A stretch of DNA of 45,431 bases, counting the filler, from Catajapyx aquilonaris (lineage: Eukaryota), in NCBI GenBank assembly GCA_000934665.2. It is 2 parts of 2 records of this genome, joined end to end, with 100 filler letters (N's around TTAATTAATTAA, not from the genome) between each part and the next. Parts side by side here need not be neighbours in the genome. Positions count along the whole stretch, not along the records: positions 1 to 22,729 come from JYFJ02005839.1; positions 22,830 to 45,431 come from JYFJ02005840.1. One strand, written 5' to 3'. Shown here one piece after another: positions 11,303 through 24,201 of this stretch (position 1 is the stretch's first letter; every line of letters begins with the position of its first letter). The notes beneath the pieces were generated by a model. It ran no database searches, was not told the DNA's origin, and saw only the letters and a list, made by a program, of their open reading frames with translations. The translations under genes were made by a program, and so were the position numbers.

Positions 11303-12235
11303 GGGAGTGACCAAACCTAAGTATTCTAAGGCCATGCCATATGCCATGGTCCTTGAGCCCCCTTCCACGAGGTGGTAGGAGCAGTTTGAGCCTCAAACTG
11401 CGCCATTTCTGTCTAAACTCTAGCGCGCCCAGTTCAAAAACCAGCAGGACATCATATGATGTCCATAGGCCTCAAAGGGTTAAAAATTGTGAGGTTTTCA
11501 TTTTGGTGCAAAGCATGTGCAACCAAAATGACAGGATGTTTTTTTGTCCACTTATCACATACTGTACTATTAGGTTTCTGGAGCAAAAAAGACAAGGCCA
11601 AGTACCAACCGAGGATCAAACTGCTCATCTGGTATGCCACCAATCATCGTTTTGTAATCTGGCTTTGTGGTCACCATGGGTATAACCTTGTACTCCATAG
11701 GTGGATGAGAGGTGAGGCTGGCATTGATGACTTTGTCTGGCCTGGAATTTAAATAATTAAGAAAATCATTAGTGAAGTGGCAAAATCCATTACTCTCTCT
11801 AGTAGTGCATAATATCATCGAGTAAATTAATGTGACACGGACACCACAATGGAAACAAATGATAACTTTCAACAATATCAATAATGAAGTCTATCAAACA
11901 GAAATGGAAACATTGCTCTCAGCTTTCAGATTAGATCAGCCCCTGGACACTCATATACCAGACATGTGGCTCCCCCTGTACTCCCCCACCAGGTGGGGGA
12001 TCTGTAATGGCGCTGTTGCCTCAAGGCTGCAATCCTGTCAAGATCAATGGCACATCCTGTCAGGCAATTCTGAAGCATTTCGCATTGATTCACGGCTTCG
12101 TGAATCGTGCTTGAATCGATGCGAAGTTAACTGCAGAATCTGCCACCAGGTCGGCTCCGGCTACACATCCACAGGTACGGCACAAGCGGCAAGGGGTGGA
12201 TCAAAACTAGTGAGCACACACAGGTGGGTGATCAG

Positions 12236-12577
12236 GTCTTGACTAAGGTCTGGGGACGGAAGTCTGTGGTTTTACTGTAGCTGTGGGGACCAGTTCCAAT
12301 TGTGGGGACATTTGTCGGTCCCCACAGTCTCACACACGCGAAGTGTACCATTACAGTGGGGACATGTGTAAATTAGTGGGGACATGTCCCCACTATTTTC
12401 ATTTGTAGGGTTTCACAAAAGTCCATTTTTCTCAGCCTAGGTTACTTAGGGTAGGGTAGGTTAGGTAGGGTAGGGTAGGGTAGGTTAGGTTAGGTTAGGT
12501 TAGGTTAGGTTAGGTTAGATCAGTTTACACTCGCAGTGAAAAGTGATCAATGTCCGTCCCCACGCCTTAGTCAAGAC
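12236..12577. mobile_element. Second copy of the 8728-9071 TIR/(TTAGG) element
   Basis: TIR GTCTTGACTAAGGTCTGGGGACGGA / TCCGTCCCCACGCCTTAGTCAAGAC; internal sequence aligns with 8728-9071. Confidence 0.7.
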
Positions 12578-12849
12578 AAGAGTATGTGTGGGTGTGTATG
12601 TTAGGAGCTTGTACTACCAGCCAATCAGTCGACCAAAATGGTATAGAATTGCCAGCTAGTGGTGGCCCCACCTGTATTGGCCCCTGATCCCAGCGCTTCT
12701 GTGGTAAACCCCCCTTGATGGGGAGATCAACTAAGCTCACACAAAAAGGGGGGGAGTGGCTGCCACCTGACTACAACTGTATACTTTTTTTCAACATAGT
12801 TTCAAGGCAAAACGGAGGCAGAATGCAGGCAGGCATTGTTGTGCAAGAA

Positions 12850-13375
12850 ATATACAGTAGCCCAATACTCAACATGCTGCGATGTGTGTTCCATGCAGAG
12901 GTTTATTGTGAGACATTACAGAAGCCCAAAAGGGCCATGTTGAGTTCTGCAGTGTTTTTCATGCATGACAATGCCAGCCTGCATACTTCTGTGCATACTG
13001 GAACCCTGCTGCAACAATTCCAGTGCGAATTATTGGATCACCCACCTTACAGCCTGCATTTAGCCCCTAGCGATTACCACCTGTTCACACCTGTGCACAT
13101 AAAGAAGTGGCTTGCAAAACATGCTTTAACAATGACGAGGAGTCGCAGTCCAGTACAGCATACAGGGGTGGATGAAATCACAAGTGGTAGACTCCTGTGG
13201 CAGAGGCATACAAGCTCTTGTGAAACGTTATCACAAATGCCTCAATTTGGCTGGAAACTAACTTGAAAAAAGTAGACATGTAGCTTTCCGTTGTACAGGT
13301 GAATAATAAAAATTCTTTGCTTGCATTGTTGTTTTTCTAAGAAAAAATGTCAGGTACTTTCCAGATTATCCTCAT
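12850..13375 (+). pseudogene. Mariner transposase remnant (catalytic C-terminal half)
   Basis: YCETL...FMHDNASLHT...LDHPPYSLHLAPSDYHLF (HDNA and YSPDLAPxD motifs), frameshifted afterwards. Confidence 0.9.
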
Positions 13376-13575
13376 ATTACTTTTGAAGTGATCATTAAGT
13401 TAAATTTATGATGTTTCACTTGAAAATTCTAAAGTAGGAGTATGTTTTCCACACGATAACCTCATATTTTCATGAATACAGTTCAATTGCTGTTCAAGAA
13501 CCACAGATCATTTTTCTATCAATCCTGAGAGACCTTAGTGCTATGCAGGATTGAGAAATTTCAAAATGGCTTCAC

Positions 13576-13685
13576 CTGTATCCAGTGGGTGGAGGCAGAC
13601 CACTTGCACATACTTGTGAACTAGTGGATGGAAAGTTCACAGGTGACAGGTCCAAGTTGATTGAGGCAGTGCCACCCTCTTCACC
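13576..13685 (-). CDS. Putative internal exon of the BZW-like gene (GEEGGTASINLDLSPVNFP...), no recognisable homology
   Basis: ctctAG acceptor and weak GTGAAG donor; open 110 nt, phase 0 in and phase 2 out, compatible with exons 18565-18693 and 7978-8173. Confidence 0.35.
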
Positions 13686-13986
13686 CTAGAGCATAAATGT
13701 ATGTCAAGTTGTTCATGGCAAGTCAAAACGGAGGCAGTCTTTATGGCATGATTGTGAATCACATTACTGCTATTAATGTAGCGCCATGGAAAATTTTGCT
13801 TGGACATTTGCACTGTCAACAATAATATCATGCACACTTGCATATGGTTGTGATACCCATGCACAACTTACCCTGAGGCATTTTCCTTGCACGAAGAACT
13901 CGCAGACGGATTTTCCCATTCCCTTCATGCCTCTGTTCATCATCCCTCTTCTCTTCAGTGTTTTATCCGGCGAGCAATCCCTTCCT

Positions 13987-14230
13987 CGCCTGTACTGATC
14001 CCCATGTCGCCTGTAACGATCCCCATGTCGCCTGTACCGATCCTCATGTCGCCTGTAACGATCCCCATGTCGCCTGTAACGATCCCCATGTCGCCTGTAC
14101 CGATCCCCATGTAGCTCCTTTTCTGTTCTTCCTCCATGATCCCGGTGGTGCCCCCTTTCTCTTCTTCCTCCATGATCCCGGTGCTGCTCCCTTTCTCGTC
14201 TTCCTCCGTGATCCCGGTGCTGCTCCCTTT
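13987..14230. repeat. Minisatellites: ~6 x 21 bp (GATCCCCATGTCGCCTGTAAC) then ~3 x 33 bp
   Basis: Direct inspection of tandem units. Confidence 0.9.
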
Positions 14231-14684
14231 CCCGCTGGCGAGGCTAATTTTACACAAATCACATAATTAGCAATTTGCAGGTTTCACTTCTCTGGGGGGG
14301 GGGGGGGGGNTGCAAATTTTTCAATTAGATTGCTTTTATTAAATGTTACTTTAAAATTAAATGATCATTTCCAAACTATCGAGTAGCAAGGTCATCTTTG
14401 TTGGCAGGTTTTTTTTTACACAAACATAATAAAATTCACAATGAGTTCCCCTCAATTCCACAAGTGATCCAAACTAGACCTTACAATTATTGCCACCTGC
14501 TACATAAATCCCACATGTGGCCTTTTTCTTCCCTAATCCTGAATTTGCTTCCTTCTGGCTAGTGTCCACACTCCCACTTTTGAGATCCCGACCACCACCA
14601 CCCCAGCACTGGCAAGCCTCTACACACAAGCATTGGCAGGTAACGAGGTGTCTCAAAGGGTTAAAAATCCTCCAGTTGAAGGCA

Positions 14685-15670
14685 CAGTAAAACTTATTCA
14701 TGTTGGACACTTAAGGTTCTGAGTATATTGTCCAACCAAGGGAGGTGTCCAACATTTAAGAGTTTCCAAAGTCACAGGTTTCATCGCATTGAACAGTACA
14801 ACGGTGAGTACGTACAGTATGGTATTCAAAGGTAGTAACCAACTTCCAATGCATGTTTATTTACATGTGGTACACAGTACAGTATGGGGGGGGGAGGAGG
14901 GGGGGGGACCGAAGCAGGTTGGCATAGTGGATAGGGCGTCCGACTGCTAATCGGGTTGTTAAGCCCCACTGAACCCAGTCCTCCTGGAGTGTGATGGAGT
15001 GATTCCCAGCTGTGGTCCAGCTTTGAGAGCCCTTTGCGAGCAAAATGTTTGTCTTGGTCATCATACCATTCACCGGCAGTGTCCATGATGGAACTGTCAC
15101 AGTTGAAACACTGCCCTTTCATCAGATGTGTGTTTGAGTGTTTGGAACAGGTGATAAGTTAGACAGTGCCAAATCTGGCGAGTAAGGTGGGTGGGGTCAC
15201 AATTCAGAACACCGCAAAGGAAGGACAACGTTACAACAGTGATGTGGCTGTCAAAGATGCTCTCCGTGAATGGTGTGATGACCCAAGACAAAAATAATTT
15301 CTTGGTGGGTTCGTAAAGCTGAACCACCGCTGGGAGTAGTGCATCGCACTCGAGGAGGACTACACAGAGAAGTGCTCAAGTGTAATTCACCTGGAACAAC
15401 TCCTTCACAGGTAGGCTCACTACTTTTCAAACACCCCTCATACACCACAGTGAATGTACCATACAACTCTACACAATAGTGCAGCAAAATTTCTGAGGCT
15501 GGCCTACTTTTTGGTTTAAAAATACGTAACAGTGAAAACTGTACTGTACTGTCCCAACTTAAGAGGGGAAAAGTGTCCTCAGGTATACGGGTGTCCAATT
15601 TAGCAACCATTTTAGGAATTACAGGGGATATGCTTTTCGATAGTTCCCCCCCAAAATATGTCCACCATAT
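14685..15670. mobile_element. Second, truncated copy of the 277-1345 element with nested insertions
   Basis: CAGTAAAAC...GTTGGACAC left end; 15555-15670 aligns with 1187-1297. Confidence 0.6.
14960..15440 (-). pseudogene. Mariner transposase remnant
   Basis: Frameshifted HPPYSPDLA/YHLFQTLK followed by KGQCF...W..QDK.F..KG..KL..SW mariner C-terminal pattern. Confidence 0.8.
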
Positions 15671-16399
15671 ACTCGTACGGGTAATTTGCCCAGAACTGTC
15701 ACCTTTTGCAATGACTTTTGCCCCAGCACACTAAAAACAAAAGTAACAAAGTTGGATTATAATGCAGTGGCAACTAATCCTACACTTCCTGACAATATAC
15801 GACACCTACACGACTTTGTTAGGGAATTAAACACAGATAAATCTCGTGGTGAAATATTTTGGGGTTGGGCGATCTACACTGAGGTTGGGCAAGTTTACCT
15901 GTCAGAAGTCTGAGCACACTCCCCCAAATACTGGGATTTTATATTTCTGTTCGTGTCAATGGTACCAAAGTGCTAGAAATGTACAATACCAATTGGGCCA
16001 CCAGATCGACACAAACCACACGCATGTAGAGGCAACTGTAGACCTGAGCACATCATTCTCCAGTGTGCAGTAAAAGGCAGTTTTTGATAACTTCTACAAT
16101 GATGGTGTCAACCAATCATAAGCTGAACATAGAAACAAGGGCACATGCATGTGGGCTATGAGAAATGAAGCTGTCATTAAGAGCCATAGCAAAGAAACTG
16201 AAGATTTCTTTTGGGGCCATGCATCAAACCCTGTTTAGGAAAGCAGAAACTGGGAAAAACATCACAAAACCATGGAGTAGAAAGTCGACATCATAGATAA
16301 TAAAGGTAGCTACCTTTAATATCTATGGTCGATATCAAGGGACACTGTAGGGGAACTCAATGCAAGAAGGGCAAACTCAGCGTCTTAACGAACTGGGAC

Positions 16400-16710
16400 A
16401 AGAGGCCTGCATGATGCCGGTCTCATCAGTAAGGTAGCAGCCAGGAAGCCATTGTTGAGGAAGGCCAACTTCGCAAAGAGACTAAAGTGGGCCCAGGAAC
16501 ACAAGAACTGGACTGGGGATCAGTGGGGACAGGTGCTGTGGCCAGATGAATCCAAGTTTGAACACTTTGGCTCAAAGCAGAATCAGTTTGTCCATCGCCA
16601 TCCTGATGAACACTTCCTGACTGTGTGGTACCCACAACTATGCATGGGGAGGCAGATGATGGCTTGGAGATGCTTTGATGGAAAGGGAGTGGGTGATATT
16701 GTGAGGGTTA
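16400..16710 (+). pseudogene. Tc1 transposase remnant (first catalytic D region)
   Basis: ARKPLLRKANFAKRLKWAQEHKNWTGDQWGQVLWPDESKF. Confidence 0.9.
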
Positions 16711-16711
16711 C

Positions 16712-17433
16712 TGTTTGTTTGTTTGTTTATAACTTTATTTGAATCGGTCATTTTGAAAAGGGGTCATATCCTCTGGAAATGCGCTGGAGATGACCCCTTT
16801 TCCAAATGACTGATTCATTTACATTTCGTCGTCCTGCCGCACATACTGCTTGGCCGACCCTCCTGCTTCCATACACATTTACATCTTTGTCCCTCTAGTC
16901 TTCTACAACACTCTTGCCCCATCCAAAATAATATTTTCACTCACCCCCTCTCCCTGTCTCTCCAAAACTGCAACATCTTTCTTTTTTCCACCATACCGTA
17001 CAGATACGTACACATAGCTCCCCTATTTTTACATTCTTTACAAATCCACACACTTCTTCATCCTCCATCCCTTCCACTGCTGTTATCCATTTCCTCCTCT
17101 CTTCCCTCATTACCCTGCAATCCCTCACAATGTGCCCCATATTCTCCTCCCCCTCCCCACACAATAAGCAGTTCCTATCCGCTTCTGACAGCCACGACCA
17201 GCTAGCCCTGCAATGTCCCACATCTGAGTTTAGCCAACACCTTCAAAAATTTTATATTTCCTCTGTCTGTATTGGTCTTCTTCTCTCTCTATCTTTACAA
17301 ATCTGTAGTCTGGCCAGTTTAGTCGTATTGTCAATTCTCTCCTCCCTCTCTTTGATCATCCTCTCCCTCAGTTCCTTCCCCCATGAGTCCCATCGTTCTT
17401 CCCAAGTTTGCCTTTGCCATCCCTCGTCACATT
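16712..17433 (-). mobile_element. 5'-truncated LINE 3' end inserted in the Tc1 remnant
   Basis: CLLCGEGEENMGHIVRDC (CCHC zinc knuckle of ORF2 C-terminus), 3' stem-loop 16740-16818, (AAAC)n tail. Confidence 0.8.
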
Positions 17434-17439
17434 AGAAAC

Positions 17440-17527
17440 ATTGGAAAAATTGGCGTCTAGAATGCCTCGCATCTGTGCAGCAGTCATCCAAGCTCGTGGC
17501 TGGCACATCAATGAAAAGCAATTATAA
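17440..17527 (+). pseudogene. Tc1 transposase extreme C-terminus (continuation after the LINE)
   Basis: LEKLASRMPRICAAVIQARG. Confidence 0.75.
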
Positions 17528-17789
17528 GCCTCCAACACAAGGACCATTGAAGTATTATTTCTTTATTTTCATTTTGCCTTAGGAAACATTCATGCACAAT
17601 TTTCCATAAAAGAAAAGTCAAGATGAAATAGTCAAAGAACATCTGCGGAAGGCACGAACCTCCCACTTTTTATGTTGCTAACAAAAAGCCACTGTTTATT
17701 CCTATTGTTGCATGAAGGCATGGCACCTTGAAAAGTGTGAGGTTTCAGAAGTGCATTCTCAGATGTTCTTTGACTATGGCCGGGTTGCA

Positions 17790-18140
17790 CCGGCTCCTGG
17801 AAAATTTGTCTGGCCGAAGAGCCAGGATAGTTTGTTATTCATTGTTGCCAACAATTCTGTCAACAATGAATAACAAATTATCCTGGCTCTTCTTCGGCCA
17901 GACAAATTTTACCTAGCGCATCTAGTTAACAGACAACATAACAGTAGTGAGAAACATGTCTTAGGCCATTTTTGCACTGGCTCCCGGAAAATTTGTCTGG
18001 CTGAAGAAGAGACAGGACAGTTTGTTATTCATTGTTGACAGAATTGTTGGCAACAACTATCCTGGCTCTTCTTCGGCCAAACAAATTTTGCAAACGGCCT
18101 AAGACATGTTTTTCACTGTCACGTCATCTGTTAACTAGGT
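17790..18140. repeat. Complex palindromic repeat (two tandem hairpin modules), MITE-like
   Basis: AAAATTTGTCTGGCCGAAGAG...CTCTTCTTCGGCCAGACAAATTTT duplicated at ~17800-17910 and ~17988-18089. Confidence 0.65.
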
Positions 18141-18564
18141 GCGCTCCGACTTCTGAGACGTAGTGTATGCCTCTTAAGAGTAACTAGAACTGGTGACTTG
18201 TATATCCTCCTGAGACCTGATGTCATCAACAGTAAGTGACCTTTATTTTTATTATTTATTTATTTTATTTTTTGCTGATGTCCAATATATTGGACATCAG
18301 GTCTCTGGAAGATATAAACGGCCTAATTCAGCGCTGTACCGTTTCCAGAAGAAGCCATTGGCTCACCAAAGGGCTGTGTAAACAAATCATTGCTCTGGAC
18401 TTACTAGTGATAATGAAACCAGTCACGAACGGATATGGGGGCTCACATGAAGTGACAGAGTGCCGTGGTGTGCCCTGCTTGGTCGGTCAGAGAATCAGAC
18501 GTACGGGGCCACACCCGTCCAAAAGTCACTGGCGTGCCCAAACGCAGAGCCAAACGCTACGTAC

Positions 18565-18693
18565 CTTCGACAAAGGAGCCATGCTTTTCCTCCTCCACCT
18601 ACTCCAAAAGATGAAAGCAGCGAGCGGTGCCCGACAGCGCCTGCGTCAAGGTTGGTCTCTATCCACCTTGGCCTCCGTGGCGTTGCCAAATTT
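18565..18693 (-). CDS. Putative start-codon exon (AGCATGG; MAPLSK, ATG at 18582) of the minus-strand gene
   Basis: Pyrimidine tract + ccctcAG acceptor, AAG|GTACGT donor, strong Kozak context. Confidence 0.4.
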
Positions 18694-18965
18694 CTGAGGG
18701 GCGAAAATAGCATAGCATTATCAATGCTACTTCCAGTTGCTGCATTAATATAATAACAGTTCACTTCAGATTGTATTACCCGGGCAGGTTTAAATCAGCA
18801 GGAACATTTTTCCAGATAGGAGTAAGGAGTGACTTTCAAATTCAATTTAAAAGTTGAAAAATGTGATTTATTTTGCTGTGTCCCTATTCACCCCAATGCA
18901 GGTACGAAAAATTATGTTTTATAACAAATCTATTTAGAGATATTTTCAAAGATTTTCAAGTTTAA

Positions 18966-19224
18966 CCCTGGAACCGTGCCGTGGAGTCTTTTCGGACCCC
19001 ATCCATTATTTTAATTTTTATTAATTCTTATATAATACTTTTCAATGTATTGACTATATATGCAATCATTCTTTGAACTATGCCTAAAATGATCGCTAAT
19101 TCAAAATAAACATGCACTTCCTGTTATATACTGTAAAAAAAATGGCAAAAGTTCATTGTAATCCTCATTTTAATCAAATTTAATTCCTTGGGGTCCTAAA
19201 AGACCCCACGGCACGGTTCCAGGG
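18966..19224. mobile_element. piggyBac-type MITE
   Basis: TTAA|CCCTGGAACCGTGCCGTGG...CCACGGCACGGTTCCAGGG|TTAA. Confidence 0.9.
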
Positions 19225-20182
19225 TTAAAGGATTACTTAGCAAACCTCAGTGTATATTCCACTGTATATTCATAAATTGATGAGCTTAACCACCTCATTG
19301 ATGCAACAAATTGTTTGTAGGCTATTGAAATATGACAACAGGTGATTCTCTCATCACACCAATCTGCTGAAGACAAATAATTTGTAAGAATTATGTTTAC
19401 GACAATTCATATAGAAAGCACTTCCCTTCTGTAAAAACTATACTGCTGTGATTTTTTTCAATTTTTAAAAATGCCAATAATTTTTTAAAAATTGCAACTT
19501 TTTCCCATATTCACTCCGGTGTCCCTATTATTCGCCGCATTTTATGGTCCAGTTTTGAAAATGCCTCAATCAGCATTGGTGTGTGTGTACACTACCACAC
19601 TGTAGCAGTATAGGACAATATAGACATGTGCACACCATGTTATTTATTATGATTATTTATTTGATACCCTGCGCTGGAGCCTTTTGGCTCCCTTAGGGGG
19701 GTGGAATACCACCATTTTTTCTTAAGGATTTTTCTTTCGCATTTTTCTCTCTAGTTCAGGGATCAGGATTCGGTGTGTGCCCATCATGTTGTTATGATGC
19801 ATGTTTTGGGGGGAAATTCTTGCTATTTGAGGGGCTCCCAACAAGAGTGGTTCAAGTGACAAAACATAATTAAAAAAGTTATATAGGCTATACCATTGGC
19901 ATTGTCGCGATACCATCTTTCACGTGCAATACTGGTTGTTGTGCAGACAAATTCCTGGACGACTTGAACCTCAAAGATTCATATATTTGATCACATAATG
20001 ACTTCGGTGTATGTTGTTAACTTTAAGTCCCATTTTCTCGGAAACTACATTTTGTGAATTGAACCACTTTTTGGGAGCCCCTCATTTATTATTGCTATAA
20101 AGAACTTTTTCCCAACTATAGGCCGCCTGGGGTGGAATTCAATGTTCTAAACGCAGAGTTTGAAAGGATCGTCTGTACGAAC

Positions 20183-20590
20183 CTGCAATTGCAGCAGCTG
20201 ATGCCTTCTTGGAGTCTCGCCTAGCTTCTGGAGGCAGTTTTGTACGTGTGGTTTTGCCCCGGGGCAGGGGCAGGACCCGAGGCGAGACACGAACAGAACT
20301 TGAACCAAGATGGCCGCCAGAACGGTTAGAATAAGCCCGCCCACTCTCATTTTTGTATGGCTGACGTCATCAAGTAAAAACGAGCGAAAAAAGCGCTTGT
20401 GACGTCACGTTCGATTAACAAAAGCGGTGTTGTCAGATCCCACAAAAAATTAGCATACTATAATTGCACACAAACGCATTTATATGAAATAGTTTTAATT
20501 AAGTGTTAAAATAGAGGTCCAAACCGGCAGGTTCGACTCCTATTTTTCCTTAGCACATGATCCCGCCATGATGGCGGCGCAGGCGCACTA
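20183..20590. promoter_or_regulatory. CpG-rich promoter / first exon region, possibly bidirectional
   Basis: Two perfect CRE palindromes TGACGTCA (20362-20369, 20400-20407), YY1-like AAGATGGCCGCC (~20308) and GATGGCGGC (~20570), minus-strand donor CAG|GTTCGT at 20183. Confidence 0.5.
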
Positions 20591-20914
20591 GTTGCCCGTT
20601 GTTTCATGGAACAGCAGCATATGGGCTTCTTTCTTGTCCAGTTTTCTCCCTGAATAATCCCCATAAGTTCAAAGGCCTCGGCCTTATCATGGAGGTACAG
20701 AAGCAGACTCCATCAGGAACCGGGAGAGACGACGAGGGCCTGGACCAGCACAAAGGAAAGGATGATGATAATAAGGTAAAAAGGTTTGGAGGACTTAACA
20801 TAGCAAGAAAATTGTTGGCCCATGGAACTAAATAGAATAACTCACATTCGAACGGCGAAAAAATAAACCCACAGGTCTTCTCTCAGGTTGTAATTAAACA
20901 GCGAAAAGAACCGA

Positions 20915-20917
<3 letters not shown>

Positions 20918-20988
<71 letters not shown>

Positions 20989-20991
20989 GTA

Positions 20992-21032
<41 letters not shown>
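20918..21032. repeat. (TAA)n(TAG)n microsatellite
   Basis: Direct inspection. Confidence 0.95.
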
Positions 21033-21280
21033 AATGGAGAATAGCTAATGAATGATAACTAATGGAGAATAATAAATAATATTATAATAATAAGAAACTA
21101 GCAGGTAATAACATTTGATAATAATTAACTAATAGTCTATAGATAACTATAACATACATAATAACTAACCGATGATGGATATAATAACTGATAGGTAATA
21201 GATAATCATTATTATTAGTAGTAGTAGTAGTACTAGTAGTAGTACAACAAGTAGTAGTAGTAAAACAAGAACAACAACAC

Positions 21281-22420
21281 CATCACGACATTTCCCTATA
21301 AAGGGTAGTCAGCGATGACGGGAGCCACAAGCTAACCCAAAATATGAACTAAATTAAAACTTGCAAAAATCAGCCTATAAACCACCCATCCGGCCCCCCC
21401 ACCCCTGTCCATCTCAGACGACAAACTCTCAATATTAAATTTTAAATTTAAATATATTACATGACTATGCAACACAGTACTTGAGAAATCCCCCCCCCNC
21501 CCCCCCCCCCCCCTGGAAGAGGAATCAGCAACTGTTATATTCCTCCAAGTGACTAGAATATTCTCCTCCAAACGACCAGAACACCCACAGGCCAGCGAGA
21601 AGAACCAGCATACAGAAATCCACATCCGAACTCCAAGCGCTGTGCAGGACAGAGAGAGAGGCAGACACCCTTGCAAGCATGACTACCGGTGTCAACCTAT
21701 GCATTACTGTGCAAGAGATATTTGCCAAACTTGTAGTTCTGCACAGCACCCAGAGCCAGAGTATGAACTTCCAGACGCCTACTCCTCCCACGAACCTACA
21801 AACATTCTAGCCATTCGGAAAAATTCAATGGACACTGCCATTTCTCACAAACCTGTGAATATTCTACCCATTAATTAACCTACGCCATTTACACCTATCC
21901 AAACAAACAACCCTTAGCCTCAGCCACATCCATGGTCCTATTGACACATGAACGTCGAGGCTTAACACTAGCAACACCCTTAAGACACTGACCCACCTGG
22001 TCCAACCATGTCTTCCTAGGCCTCCCCTTGCCCCTCTTACCAACTACTCCACCCAAATACACCTTCTTCACAATCTCCTCCTCCTTCATCCTCTCCACAT
22101 GACCAAACCACCTTAGAGTAGACCTACACACCTTATCTTTAACAGTCTCCTTAACATTGCACCTCTCCAAAATCTCCTCATTCCTAATCCTATCGAACTT
22201 GGTAACCCCACAAACAGCCCGGAGATAACGCATCTCTGTAGCCAACACCCCCACTCTTATGCCTATCTGACCAAACCCACGCTTCACTACCATACGTAAG
22301 TGAAGGAACAATAACGTGAGAATAGACAGACAACCTACAGGCAGAAGATAAGTCCTTATTTCTAAAAAACTTACTTGTGGCACCTATCACTTTCAACCCA
22401 GAACTAACTCTCCTAATACT
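21281..22420 (-). mobile_element. 5'-truncated RTE-clade LINE (RT C-terminus plus 3' UTR)
   Basis: IVPSLTYGSEAW...EMRYLRAVCGVTKFDRIRNEEI...LRWFGHVERM...GKRGKGRPRKTW; the 3' end recurs at 31198-31280. Confidence 0.9.
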
Positions 22421-22512
22421 CTCCTATATAATAATCATAATCATATAATAACCTATGTATGATGACTAATAAAGAACAGTCAATGGATATAGTAGCTACT
22501 GAATGATAAGTA

Positions 22513-22729
22513 ATAATAATAAACCAGCAGATAATAAATAATAACTAATAATAGATCAATAATAATAAACTAGCAGACAATAAATAATAACTAATAATAG
22601 ATCAATAATAATAAACCAGCAGATAATAAATTATAACTAATAATAGATCAATAATAATAAACTAGCAGATAATAAATAATAACTAATAATAGATCAATAA
22701 TAATAAACTTGCAGATAATAAATAATAAC
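22513..22729. repeat. ~45-bp AT-rich tandem repeat running into an assembly gap
   Basis: AATAATAATAAACYAGCAGATAATAAATAATAACTAATAATAGATC units. Confidence 0.9.
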
Positions 22730-24007
22730 NNNNNNNNNNNNNNNNNNNNNNNNNNNNNNNNNNNNNNNNNNNNTTAATTAATTAANNNNNNNNNNNNNNN
22801 NNNNNNNNNNNNNNNNNNNNNNNNNNNNNGGAATTGGGTGTAAATGATGATATTTGATGACTGATGTTTTAGGACGTTTAGGTGGTACGGGTATGATCAT
22901 GTCGAAGTTATGAATATTTGAGAAAAGGCGGCGACATTTTATGCCATCGGAAAATTTGGTTGACCTTGAAGGAAGGCATGTGGTTTGTTCAGTGCAGACA
23001 GATGAAATCAACTTGCGCTGGAAATGACTGCAAAATGTTAGCTTGGGGTAGCCGCCTTTAAAAAGCAACTTTTACGCAACTCAGCCTCTACATTAGGTGT
23101 CAATAGTACTCACATTATTACAATTTTGAATCTGAAGGATGATCTTGTGAAGGGATCTGGTAAAGGCATAATTTTCAGTTTGCATTTCTTGAGTACAAAA
23201 TGTAGCAAAAAGTTTCAGATATGTCATGTAGGATTAGGTTGTATTGCGGGGTATCTATGCGGAGAAAAGGTGACAAATGAACTGACTGTCGTAGCAGAGC
23301 ATTTAAAAATTCATGTCCACTGCCCTTGACTTTAGTGATTTTAGGCCACATTGGCAGAAGGCAATGTTTTATTTTATGTGCGGCTGTTGTATGTTTGATC
23401 AAGGGCAAAAAGATGGAAGTTGATCCATATGTCCGTACTAATGCTCATTCCCTAGAAAACTATTCGGGTTAAAATTGTGGAGATTGCCTACTATTTGATT
23501 ACTAAGCCATGTAGAGAGGTGTGAGATGTGCAGAAATTGCAAAGGGTTATTGCAAGCTATATAGCATTTGTTGACTACCATGGGGTTAGTTTTCAGTTGA
23601 TTTGTTCTTTTCCCATTCTGAGCCTGGTGATTAATCAGTTTTTCTTAAAAAATCTATTCGTGATTCTAGTTCAGTGGCTGAGGTTTGCCCTGTAATATCT
23701 ACTGATTTTCAATTATGGTGGCGTTGGGTGAAGGTACCTTAGGTTAATTAAGTTAATATGTACAGTTTACATTAATATTAATAGTTATGTAAGAGTTGTG
23801 TAACATTCAGTGTAATTGTAGCTGTAATACTTAGTTGTAGTACCAAGTAGTAGCAGTAAGGTTGATAAGGTCAACTGACGCCACCAAAATTTTGAAATCA
23901 ATTGTTTGGGCTGCAAACCTTAGCTGCCTTGTGTAAAATTTTGAATCACTAATGACTGCCAATAAAGCCAGACGCCAAATTTTTGTAGCTCTTCCATATG
24001 TAGATTA

Positions 24008-24201
24008 AAGATGTGTTTACTTGTGAGCTATTTGATAGCGCAATGTCATCGCCGAGCTCAACTCTGAGTAACACGAGTAACCAATATTGTTTGAGGTGAA
24101 AGTAACAATCGAGTTTCACCGCAAACAATATTGGTTACCTAGCGTTGTTATCGCTTGGCTATGACATTGCGCTATCAAATCGCTCATGTGTAACGCACCT
24201 T
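24008..24201. mobile_element. PIF/Harbinger-like MITE
   Basis: AGATGTGTTTAC..TGAGC..TTTGATAGCGCAATGTCAT mirrored by ATGACATTGCGCTATCAAAT.GCTCA..GTAACGCACCT. Confidence 0.6.

Noticed and set aside
13887..14266. ORFs with repeated DPHVAC / IPMSPV / GDMGI peptides; superficially array-like
   Set aside because: Translations of 21- and 33-bp minisatellites; no unique spacers, so neither a CRISPR array nor a supported gene
20147..20350. 67-aa ORF with a signal-peptide-like start (MRVGGLILTVLAAILV)
   Set aside because: No homology recognised; overlaps promoter motifs and a splice donor, so more likely 5' UTR
22730..22829. TTAATTAATTAA island between N runs
   Set aside because: Scaffolding gap/linker artefact
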